Assembly (NCBI GenBank): GCA_951406725.2 | Contig: OX597816.1 | Coordinates: forward strand, 33,976,001-34,040,000 | From: Octopus vulgaris | Taxonomy: Eukaryota | DNA: 64,000 bases | Direction of reading: 5' to 3' | Notes under the pieces: model-generated | What the model was told of the DNA's origin: nothing | The model's input: the letters and a program-made list of their open reading frames with translations, nothing else | Databases searched by the model: none | Translations under genes and position numbers: made by a program | Shown: in pieces, positions 53,000 to 64,000 of the stretch | Layout: each line of letters begins with the position of its first letter | How positions within the stretch are numbered: position 1 is the first letter of the stretch

Positions 53000-54410
53000 T
53001 CAGAATTTGGGCACTATGGCCCACTCAAGTAGAGAGTTATTGTTTACAGAGACATATCCGGGTGTAGGGGGTTTATCCGGGATTTCTTGAAGGAATCTGT
53101 CCAAAGACTTCTTGAACCCTATAGGGTCAGTTTCTGTTTTAATGTGTTTTGGTGTAATGTTAAAGAGAGCGGGGCCAATTGAGGTGAAATAATTGTGCCG
53201 TATTGTTGTTATGAGATGAGAGTGCGATTTTTGTTTTGGGCGGATGGCACGGGGCCCAAGCCTTGGATGTACCTTAAAGGTGATGCCAACATCATTTGGG
53301 CAATGCTGATGGAATATTTTCCACATCATGCAGATGATGTAGCGCTCACGACGACGTTGGAGAGAATAGAGTTTTAGCTTTTCTAGCCGACCCCAATAGT
53401 CGAGGCCTGTCATGCCATCTATCTTTTTTGTGATTGCCCTTTGAGGTGCTTCAACTTTTATGATACCTTGTATTGTGTGGGGAGACCACAGTGGACAACA
53501 GTATTCAAGGTGGGGTCGGGCAAAAGTGGAGAAGAGAAGGATAATGGTGTGGATATCTCTCGACTGGAAAGTTCTGAGAATCCAGGAACACATTCTGCGG
53601 GCCATGTCATCTTTGGTGTTTATATGAGTGGCCCAGCTTACGTGGTTGTCCACAATTACTCCCAAGTCTCTGATGTTGTTGGACGCCGCGAGAGTTTCAC
53701 CTGAAGGAAGGGAGTATGGGAGTTTCAGGGCATCCTCTTTTCCAAAGTGGATTAGCTCAAATTTATCCTCGTTCAGCAGCATATTGTTTTTTTCTGCCCA
53801 TTGGATAACAGCCAGTAGATCTGACTGAAGGCATGTCCGGTCACTCGCCTCATTTATGACCTTCTGTAGCTTGGAGTCATCTGCAAAGATTTTTATGTTG
53901 CTGTGCTTGATGATGTCATTAATGTCATTAATGTAAATGATGAAAAGAAGTGGGCCCAGCACAGTGCCTTGCGGATCGCCACTACTGACTTTGGCTGGGC
54001 TTGATTTTACCCCTTCAACTACAACATGTTGAGATCTGTCTGTCAGGAAACACTTAATCCATTTCAGTAACTTTCCAGAGATGCCAATGTTGGATAGTTT
54101 TTTCAATAGGATCTTGTGATCGACCCTGTCGAAGGCCTTACTGAAATCAAGGTAGATGACATCGGTGTTGGAGCCCTCTCCCAAAGCTCTCAAAATGTCC
54201 TCAAATTGATGCAGGAGCTGCGTTAGGCAGTCCCTTCCATTACGGAACCCATGTTGGTTGGAGATCAGCCGTCTGTTGCTTTCCAGAAATTGGGTTATTC
54301 GAGATCTCACCACCCTCTCAAATACCTTGATGATATGAGAGGTGAGTGAGATCGGACGGTAATTCACTGCAAGGGACTTGTTTCCCTTTTTGAAAACTGG
54401 GACAGAAGGT
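53000..54410 (-). pseudogene. LINE reverse transcriptase + C-terminal domain
   Basis: PVFKKG, NYRPISLTS, QHGFR, YLDFSKAFDRVDH, PQGTVLGPLLF, FADDSK, DLGV, RPHLEYC, LYSLQRRRERY; open to the stop at 53000. Confidence 0.95.
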
Positions 54411-54960
54411 TTTTTGGAATATAGCCAGCATCCAGTGAGTTTCTCCACAGATTAGCAAGGGGAGATGCAAGTTGGTGTCGACACACCTTCAGGACACAAG
54501 CAGGGAACCTATCGGGGCCTACTGCTGAATTGTGTTTTATTTCGTTTATCGCCGCTAAGACATCAGGGGCACTAAACGTTATGTCCGATATAGTGTGTTG
54601 GGGGTTGACATCACTGATACAGCCCAGATCGGCCATATCAGGATTGCTGAAAACAGAGCAGTATTGTTTCTGCAGTATCTCGGCCATGGATTTGGCATTA
54701 TCTTTGAGAGTGCCAGTTTCGTCAATTAGAGGGCCTACAGTGGAGACAGTAACCCTGCGTTTCCTCGCAAATGAAAAGAACACTTTGGGGTTGAGTTTGA
54801 TTTTTTCAATGGCCCACTTCTCCTCAGCTGATCTTTGGTTATTGATGAGGGTCTTCATGCATTGTTGGAGGTTATATTTTTTGGATTCAAGCAGTGCGAT
54901 AGCCGTCGAATGTGTGTGTTGCTGTTGGCAGTACTTTAGTTTGTTAATTTTTTTGTTTGT
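54364..54960 (-). pseudogene. LINE ORF2 linker (between EN and RT), frameshifted
   Basis: IKLNPKVFFSFA..VGPL..AEILQKQYCSVFS..AVGPDRFPACVLK..LASPLANLWRNSLDAG. Confidence 0.9.
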
Positions 54961-57194
54961 TCTTTTAATTTACTGATAATGGTTTTTCTGTTTTGGGGGA
55001 TTCTGCACTTTTTGTTCACAGGTCTTGGTGGGGAGTGTTTTGCACATATGTCTGTGATGGTGTCTACAAAGATCTGCCAAGATGTTTTATGGTTGGTGGA
55101 GATGTGTGTATGTGTAAAGGACCAGTCAACATTTGATAGCTCGTTCCTGATTGCATCCCAGTTGGCTTTATGGAGATTCATGTTGTCAAATGGGTGGGCT
55201 GGAGGAAGGTCACTAGGATTAGCTTTCGGCTGGTGGAATTTCATGTTACAGAGAACCATGTCATGGTCTGAAAGAAGGGTTTTTTCCACTGTAACGTTAT
55301 GTATAGTGTTAGTGTGGTTACTAAACACTAGGTCCAAAATGTTCTGATGTCTTGTTGGTGCAAGGACAAGTTGGGACAAGAAAAACTCATTCGTAAAGTC
55401 GAAAAGTGACTCTGCTGCTTCTTTGTCAGCGGTTGAGGCGGGAGTGCTTGGTTTCAAACAGTTTGTAGTCCAGTCAACACAGGGTAGATTGAAGTCTCCC
55501 ATCATGAGTATGTTGCTAGAATGGCACTGTTGAATAAAGCACTTAATGCTGTTGAGGCATTCTTTAAAGCACAGTATGGGTGTTTGGGGCGGCCTATAGA
55601 GCCCAATTACTGTCAGGTCATTGGCTTTGTTGTGCACGGTGACTGATTCACAGTAGCCATTGGAGAATATACTATTTCCATCTGCCGTAAATGAATCATG
55701 CAGGAAAATGGCAGTTCCACCCTTCCTCCTGCCGATACGATCCGCGCGGATGGTTGTGAAATTCTTCACTCTCACTTCGGCTTCCAAGTGGGAGTTGTCA
55801 AGGTGGGTCTCAGTGAGAATGAAGAAAGGGATGTGGTGTGAATGGTTACCAACCCAGTCTTCAATGAATTGGACCTTCCATTTTTGTGCATTGATGGAAG
55901 GGCTGACACCTTGTGCATTGAGTAGGAATGTGGAGGTTAGTGTAGTGGCTGGTTTTGACTGTTGCAGGGGGCTTGGATTTTTTGTGTGTGTTAGTGGCAG
56001 CAATGTGGGGAATTGGTGCACTGGGGTAATAGCATAGGATGGTGTTGAGTGATGGCTAGAATGTTTTTGTGTATCTCTTTTGCCATGTTCAACATGGCTA
56101 AAAGAATTTTCCTGCTTAGGGAGCAGTTTTTGGCTGGAGGTGTGGTTGCACTGTTGGATAGGGATGTAGTTTCCACTTTTGTTGTTGTTGTTTTTGTGTC
56201 TTCCTGAAAAGACTGGACCAGCATTACTGCAGCATGGTGTGTTTCTATTTTTATTGTTATTCAGGTTTGTGTGTTGGCTTGAGGCCCCGTTTCTGTTTGT
56301 GCGTCGGGTCCCTGGAAGATGAGTGAAGGGACAGTCACTCAGTAGACATGTTCTCTCACGTTGGGAATACCGGCAGATTTTGGGACTCCGAGTTGTGTGT
56401 GTTTTGAATTTCGATTTACTATTTGGTGGTGTTGATGTTATTGTGGGATGCGTGCTTTGGCCTTGGCCGGTAGTGCGTCTAGTGCCGGGTAGATGCGTGA
56501 AGATGCAGTCACTATTTGTGCAGAGTCTCTGGCGCAGTGAATAGCGGCATATTTGGGGATTTCTTGTTTGTGCCGTAGGGTGCGCATTCTGCTTCCTATG
56601 TTTCTTTAAGTTTTTGTTACTGCAGTAGTATTGAGGTGGTGATGTGGGGGAAGAGGGCAGTGGTTTCTTATTTGGTTTTCTGTCGGTATTTTTGGTGATA
56701 GAAGACGATGGTGGCAGCGGTGGTGATGATGATGATGATAATTGTGGTGGTTGCTGTGAGAGCGGTGAAAAGATACTGGCATTTAGTGAATCGTCTAGTA
56801 AGCTAGAGTTGAGGAGTGGCTGTTGTTGTTGTTGTTGTGCCTGACCGATGTCAGGGTCAGCCATTGTGCTGGGAACCAGGAGTGGCTCATTCTGTTGTTG
56901 TTGTTGTTGTGGCTGCTGATTTTCTAGCTGTTGTTGTTCTTGAACTGTGAAAATATGTAGAAGCTTTTCATAATGGCCTCTTATCAGTTTGAAAGATACT
57001 TCGATATGTTTCAACTTGCTACGAATCTGTTTGACGGATCATGTGTTGACCACTTGTGATGTTTTTTCGGCAATCTCATTCAAACACAAGACATTTAGAT
57101 TTTCTGTTTGGGAAAGAGAGAGCCATGTGTTTATTAAAACATCAATTTCGTTATCAGACCAATTTCGTCTGTTGCAGGCCTGCAAGTTAGTCAT
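54936..57194 (-). pseudogene. LINE ORF1-like region (Myb/SANT-like + poly-Q + 2x CCCH) in frame with APE endonuclease
   Basis: ATG at 57194 is in frame with ORF 57014-54936, with one TGA at 57041-57039; CCCH motifs at 56549-56493 and 56375-56319; APE motifs LLNAQG, LTETHL, RADR..GG, GLYRPP, MGDFNLP, LDLVF, SDH. Confidence 0.85.
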
Positions 57195-57500
57195 GTTTGT
57201 TTTTCTTTTGTTTGTTTTCCTTTTGATTTTTGAAAATATATATATTCTTTCTTGGGAGTTAAAGAAGTGTATATATATATAAATGTTCTCTCTTAAGGGT
57301 GTGAGTTTTTGATTATTTGGTTGTTTGAGGATATTAAAAGAAAAACAGTTGTATATAACAATTTGTAGTTAAATGAAAACGTACTTACGGGTTTGTAGGC
57401 AAACACGTGGTTACAAATATATATATATTTAAGGTCAGTTAGTTTTGAAGCTGTGTAGCTTGCTACTGACTTGGGAGAGAAACAAATAGACGTCCGTCCA

Positions 57501-57589
<89 letters not shown>

Positions 57590-58098
57590 TATGTATATGC
57601 ATCGATCAAACGGATTTTCTATATATTTATATGTATTTGAGTGGGGTGGTGTGATAAGTGACTTTTTTGTAATGTATTTTAACATTTCACGCCTACTTGT
57701 GTACAATAATATACAGCAATAAAGTAAATTCCACATTCCTTTATCAGCAATTCTTTTTTTATTCTCCGGTTCAGTGAAAAGGTTTAATAAGAACAAAATA
57801 TATGCGTGCTTGCGCAATAATTGATATATTATTATTTAATGATGTGACAAATAACTTTATTGTTGTTTTCTCCAGTAACATTCCTAAGTAATTAATCTCC
57901 GATGTTAAATACTTATTAATAAATATATGTGTGTATATCTATCTATCTGTCTATGGATATGTTTTTATGTATGTATGTATGTACATATTTTTGGAAGACA
58001 ACAAAAGAATGAAAGAGTCCTCGATATTATGTAACTAGAGGAATATATCTGTAATATGTAACAATGATGGCTATCGAATAAATGTCAGCTATTACATT

Positions 58099-58150
<52 letters not shown>

Positions 58151-58153
<3 letters not shown>

Positions 58154-59110
58154 GTTAATAAAATATATGCATATATATAAACATATATGTACGTACCTAC
58201 CTCTACATGTACATATACACGCATATATGTGTACAGGACACCAAAAAGACGTCGAACACATAGAGAGACGAAAAACATAGACACAAACCAAGGAACAAGA
58301 CAGGCAAAAAAAAGAGAGATACAGGACAATAAGCACAACGAAAAATCCCCTTCTTCAGTCGCTAAAGTTTCATCTACTAAACGTTTCGAAGGATAAAAGC
58401 GAGACGTATACTTCGAATGAAAAATTCCTTCCTGCGAAAAGCAAATCAATTAAAATTCTGAGATCTTTTCGCAGAGGGGTGAAAAAAAGCAAGACGGTAA
58501 CGACAGTACAAACATATAAACAGTAAAAAATATATATATAAACAGTGGAAAAATAAATATATAACAATGAGAGACAGGACAAGGAGAACAAGATAAGAAG
58601 GGCTGTTAACGCCAGACGAAAAAAGTATTGCAAACGCTGGATTATAGTGGACGACGAGAGAGGAAGATGTCGACCAGTGGCCTTAGAAGGCGGGCGAGAA
58701 AGGACAGGATAGCAGTTACGACGGAAGTAACGTCGCAGATGGACGACGGGAATGGGGGAGGAGGAGCAAGAGGAAGAGAGAGAAGAAGGGGAATGGTGCG
58801 AGGAGACCATGAAGAACAGTGAGGGGGAGAGAGAGAGGAAGAGACAAGTTAAGTGAGGGAAAAAAGACGAAAAAGGGAATGGGAGAGAAAGAAAGAAAGA
58901 TGCAGAGTCGCGTGAGAGTTAATATCAAGGCGAACTTGATAAACAGAACAATCTTACTTAATAGGGTGCGTGCGTTTAGTCGTATAATATGTTAATAAAA
59001 TATATGCATATATATAAACATATATGTACGTACCTACCTCTACATGTACATATACACGCATATATGTGTACAGGACACCAAAAAGACGTCGAACACATAG
59101 AGAGACGAAA
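58151..59110. mobile_element. PLE-like element bounded by identical 123-bp direct repeats
   Basis: 58151-58273 = 58988-59110; the interior is non-coding and purine-rich, with GAAAC..CUGAAGA on the minus strand (~58345-58395). Confidence 0.75.
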
Positions 59111-59136
59111 TATATATACGTGTGTGTGTGTAAATT

Positions 59137-59198
<62 letters not shown>

Positions 59199-59278
59199 AA
59201 AATAGATAGATATATAGAGAGATAGATAGATAGATAGATAGATAGAAAAAATAGATAGATAGATAGATAGAAAAAATT

Positions 59279-59364
<86 letters not shown>

Positions 59365-59365
59365 C
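59137..59365. repeat. (GATA)n microsatellite
   Basis: Directly visible. Confidence 0.95.
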
Positions 59366-59784
59366 AGACAGCAGCATCAGCAGATGGAAGGAAGGGTGAG
59401 GTCACTGCGTTATATTTGCATCAATTGAGATTTAAACGATTTGGTTCAACATATACAAGTGGAGAATGTATTTTTCGAGTCAGAATATTCGCTATGTTAT
59501 TATGATGATCGATATCCATCCACGAAGCATCAACTCTAGTCCTATTGAATGGACGATTGAATGTTTCCTAATTTAAAAGCACGTAACGGAAGAAGACATG
59601 TTTTCCACAGCAGGGTCGTTGTGGCTTCTACTCCCGGTGAAGTGGTTTGGCGTGCAAGAGTCTTGTGCCGTTAACACATGAAAAGTCCGTACCACACAAA
59701 AGAGCTCATTCGGGTGCAACTTTAAAACACTGTAGCGTTTGGAAGAACACCCAGCTGTTGGAACGAAACCGAATCAGACTGTAA

Positions 59785-60020
59785 ACTATTTCTTTACTAC
59801 CCACAAGGGGCTAAACACAGAGAGGACAATCAAGGACAGACACACAGATTAAATCGATTATATCGACCCCAGTGCATAACTGGTACTTATTTAATCGACC
59901 CCGAAAGGATGAAACGCACAGTCGACCTCGGCGAAATTTGAACTCAGAACGTAGCGGCAGACGAAATACCGCAATACATTTCGTCTGGCGTGCTAACGTT
60001 TCTGCCAGCTCGCCGCCTTT
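59785..60020 (-). mobile_element. SINE family 2 with TSD, nested in an older repeat ending ..cccatgccaacatggaaaacagac(GAT)n
   Basis: TSD GAATCAGACTG(T/C)AA at 59771-59784 and 60021-60034; body highly similar to 16862-17092. Confidence 0.9.
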
Positions 60021-60108
60021 GAATCAGACTGCAACATGCTGCAGCTCTCCAGCTAGACAGCTGTGATCAAACCGTCCGACCCATGCCAACATGGAAAACA
60101 GACATTAT

Positions 60109-60146
<38 letters not shown>

Positions 60147-60184
60147 AATGATGATGACGATGATGATGATGACGATGATGATGA

Positions 60185-60215
<31 letters not shown>

Positions 60216-60827
60216 GATGGTGATGATGATGCTGATGACGACGGCGGCGGCGACGACGATGATGGTGGTGGGAATGATGATGATGATGATGATGATGAGA
60301 TTTTCATTGCTGAGCACGATGTACATTTACAGAATGAATCAGGTAAATGTAAAGCAATAGTTATGCACCACGAACTACAATATAAATTCAGTTATTTTAT
60401 TTTTCTTATTTTCTGTGGTGTGCTGAATTAATTTGGAATGAAGATGTATAAGATCACATGGAAATACAAATTGAAACACGCACACATGCAGATATGTGAA
60501 AGAGAGAAGAAAGCCTGAAGATATAAATAATAGAACGTCACATTCTGTCAATTCTTGGAGTATTTCTTCTTTTTCAAGGAATAGATGCTTAGAAGGCTTT
60601 CCTGGCAAACTTTTATCATGCTACAATATATGGAAATATATATTCGCAACACACATGCCACTAGCTGTGTTCGTTTCTATCCTCTGGGATGCTGCTAAAT
60701 GAATGTGCAAAATATATTCCTCCTTAACCAGAAAGAAATGGTTCCGGATTCTGTATTCATTGAAAAATATAATTTCCACACACACATATATACTTGCTTA
60801 AAATCTCGCACATCTTTATACATACAT

Positions 60828-61166
60828 GGCGCAGGAGTGGATGTGTGGTATGTAGCTTGCTTACCAACCACATGGTTCCGGGTTCTTGATGGAAACTGAA
60901 AGAAGCCCGTCGTATATATGTATATATATATATATGTATGTGTGTATATTTGTGTGTGTGTGTGTGTTTGTCCCCCTAGCATTGCTTGGCAACCGATGCT
61001 GGAGTGTTTATGTCTCCGTCATCTAGCAGTTCGGCAAAAGAGACCGATAGAATAAGTACCGGGCTTACAAAGAATAAGTCCTGGGGTCGAGTTGCTCGAT
61101 TAACGGCGGTGCTCCAACATGGCCGCAGCAAAATGACTGAAACAAGTAAAAGAGAAAGAGAGAGTA
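60828..61166 (+). mobile_element. SINE family 1 with internal deletion
   Basis: Head and tail match 4428-4900, but the segment after GGTTC is missing. Confidence 0.88.
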
Positions 61167-62139
61167 TACATACATACATACATACATAGACACATACATA
61201 ATGACATAGATACAAATAGGGACAGGTAGACAAACCGACAGAGTGACAGACAGACAAAGCGAGAGAGGGAGACAGACATGGTGAAGACTAACGTTATCCG
61301 TATGTTCGCTTAAACTTTCTTTATGTTGCACCAACTGCTTTCAGCGCTTACTTACATAAAGATTGTTCTCTTCTGGTTACATAATCGAAGTTAGACCTTC
61401 ATCACTACAATTTTCTGTTTTGTGCTACAGAGAAAATATGGCCGCGCTACTGTCGGTGGGCGCCAAGATAAAACACATTAGAGTTCCGATTTCTATGACC
61501 TCATGCTATGACGGGGGCTGGAATTTGTCACAGGTTTTCAGTACAATTTGTGATCAATTCTCTACCGCTTAGAATTGTAAGAATGATCAAATGAGCGTGA
61601 AACATAAAGGCAGAGAAAGATATACATGAACCTCCACTACGGAAGCGAAGATGCAACAATGTCGTGAGAGAATTTTCGTTAGTTATAGGAAAGGATGCAA
61701 TTATAATGTAAAAGCTACTAGTTCTTTTCTATAAGATGTATTCTCTATTATTCAATCAAAACGTCAACAGAAATATAGATTTATGTAAAGACTATGGATA
61801 GTCACCAACTTCTGTCACAATATTTAGCTTGCTCTCTCCGAATTTCTTCTGTAGCACATTTGTATAATGATGCGTGACAGCAGAAATAATTGTTCGCCTC
61901 TCTTACTCTATTTTTGTGTCTATGTGTGCCTATGTATGTATATGTGTGTCTATGTGCCATTATGTGTGTGTGTGTGGAGCTGATGAGTGTACATGCGCAT
62001 GTAATTTGTTTCATGTGCAACGTAAGCTATAAGTAACGCGAGTATACAGTTTGAAAATAAGGAAGAAGCAATGTAATATGTGAAGAAAATTAAAAATGTG
62101 TATTAGGAATATTAGGATGAGGAAAAGTCAAATACGAAA

Positions 62140-62288
62140 ACGAAGAAGAAGTAGTAGTAGTAGTAATAGTATTAGTAGAAGAAGAAAGAAGAAGAAGAAG
62201 AAGAAGAAGAAGAAAAAGAAGAAGAAGAAGAAGAAGAAGAAGAAGAAGACGAAGTAGAAGAAGACGAAGAAGAAAAAACGAAGTAGTG

Positions 62289-62337
<49 letters not shown>

Positions 62338-62345
62338 TAGACGAA
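62140..62345. repeat. (GAA)n/(GTA)n microsatellites
   Basis: Directly visible. Confidence 0.95.
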
Positions 62346-63747
62346 AAAAAAGAAGAGTAAGAGAGATACGTAATGCGATGGAAAATATTGGAAAAGGGTG
62401 GGAAGGAAGATGGAGATATTGAAGAGAAATATTAAAGAAATACGGTGAGAAATAGAAAGAATACAAGAGCAAAAAATGCAACGTGATATGAAGACTTAGA
62501 ATCGAGGAAATGATTTTAAACTAGTTTAAAACAGTGCTCTTTGTTGTTAAGCAAGTCAAGAAAACTATTTCACTTCGTCAAATAATTCTCAATTTCACTA
62601 ATGTCTGCTTTTGGGTGGTCTACGATATTTTAAAACGTTCATTAAATTAAATTAATATCTGTCTGATTGTGTAAATGATACTTGGCTCGTTTATGGAGAT
62701 TAGCGCTAAGTGTTCGATATTATGCTTAGGTAATTCTAGCAAACACAACTTTCTCGTCCATTACTGCAGCTATTCTACTCTTTGGAGCAACCTCAGTTCG
62801 TGAAACATCACTTCAGCCACCCCACTTTTTTTTTTGGATCTCTCCTCATCTCATCACACTTATTCAATCCAACACCGATTTCAAAGATCACACTAATCTA
62901 TAAGCTCAATCTTTCTCTTCCAGAGAGTTAATCTCCAGTAGTCTTCCACCGGTTATGTGTTCCCGCAATGGTTGAATGACGATATTTGGAGAGGGTCACC
63001 AATGGCATGACACTCATCGGCTTCATGAGACGACAAATATCATAACCACTGCTCCTCCATATTGACCAAGCAAGCACACAATTACAAATTTCTGTGGCGT
63101 TAGTGAAGCTACAAGGATTACACCGATGCTAACCTACGTGTAATAAAGATCAGCTAGAAGTATTTTGAAAAAAAAATAAATGTATTGAAACGCAAAGAAT
63201 AGAGTCTGACTTAAAATGAATCCAAAAAGAATCATGACTTGGACTGTCTTAATGACCTCAAAAAATCTGAGGGCCACGACAAAATGTCGGAGGAGCTGGT
63301 GGGCTCGGGAAAGTGCTTGGTGTCATTTGTTTGGACCCTTTGTGACCAGACTTCAAATCACACCCATATCAACTTTCCCATTGCTCTTTTCGAGATCGCC
63401 AAATTACGTTATAAAAAATGAACTGAACACGATTATGCGTCTACAACCAAACTTACTTGCAGTGAGCTAAATTTGAAAACATTAATATTATCATTGTAGC
63501 CGAGTTATATATGGCGGTAAGAAGGAGTCTTGCTTTTGTCATAATAGTATGTGAGCGTGATATAAAAAATATTGTGGTAAAATATGGCCTTACACTATAG
63601 ATTAATATCAATTAATACATACATATACAATTATACACATTGCATATTAATCTACAATATATATATATATATATATATATGATAGAGCGTTAGCTCCTAC
63701 AGACATTTCTTTCTCTCCTTGTATCTCTCCTCGTTTTTTTCTATGTA

Positions 63748-63785
63748 TCTTTCTGTCGAAGAGCGTAGGCTCGAAACGTAAAAGA
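63748..63785 (+). ncRNA. Minimal type-I hammerhead ribozyme motif (family A)
   Basis: UCUUU-CUGUCGA-A-GAGC-GUAG-GCUC-GAAA-C-GUA-AAAGA: stem I 5 bp, stem II 4 bp, palindromic ACGU stem III; A6U variant. Confidence 0.7.
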
Positions 63786-64000
63786 CTTTATTTTATTTCT
63801 ATTCCTGAGCGCTATAATAATACATTGGGATGAGTGTGTGAGCCGCACTTATGTGTACGAGTGGTTCAGACTTTTCCAAGATTGCCAAAATGTCGATATT
63901 GACGAATATACTGGGAGACCCGCAACCAGCAGAACTGGGAAAACATCGCAGATATGCATGCAGCTGAAAGGAAATCGCCGAATTATAATCTGTGAGTTAT

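Larger units (their letters stand above)
52907..57502 (-). mobile_element. Full-length CR1-group LINE inserted in (TA)n
   Basis: ~300-nt 5' UTR, ORF1-like region, APE endonuclease, RT, short 3' UTR ending in a (TCAAAGTA)x3 octamer tail; (TA)n at 52831-52900 and 57503-57586. Confidence 0.92.

Noticed and set aside
53195-56844. Plus-strand ORFs inside the LINE
   Set aside because: Antisense shadows of the minus-strand coding sequence.
61363-61572. 69-aa ORF in unique-looking sequence
   Set aside because: No motif or splice evidence; a small host exon cannot be excluded without RNA-seq.
63216-63470. Mariner fragment (HLFGP)
   Set aside because: A single short motif, with no TIR or other transposase motifs.

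Overview
AT-rich, repeat-saturated eukaryotic DNA with no supportable host gene. The abundant tRNA-derived SINEs and the dense (TA)n/(TAA)n/(GAT)n/(GAA)n microsatellites resemble an octopus/cephalopod genome (inference). Contents: (i) an apparently full-length ~4.6 kb CR1-group LINE (52907-57502, minus strand) inserted in (TA)n, whose ORF1 region reads as a Myb/SANT-like (trihelix) domain + poly-Q + two CCCH zinc fingers running in frame into the APE endonuclease, followed by RT; (ii) decayed DNA transposons (maT/DD37D-like, two near-complete mariners plus a fragment, a hAT, several MITEs); (iii) several R4/Dong-like and one Tx1/L1-like retrotransposon fragments; (iv) >15 SINE copies; (v) a ~5.5 kb array of a 32-bp minisatellite; (vi) short (TA)n-flanked non-coding elements carrying minimal type-I hammerhead-ribozyme motifs of at least four sequence families, together with direct and inverted terminal duplications of the kind Penelope-like elements/retrozymes produce. 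Most short ORFs in the track are microsatellite artefacts. All alignments and folds were done by eye.
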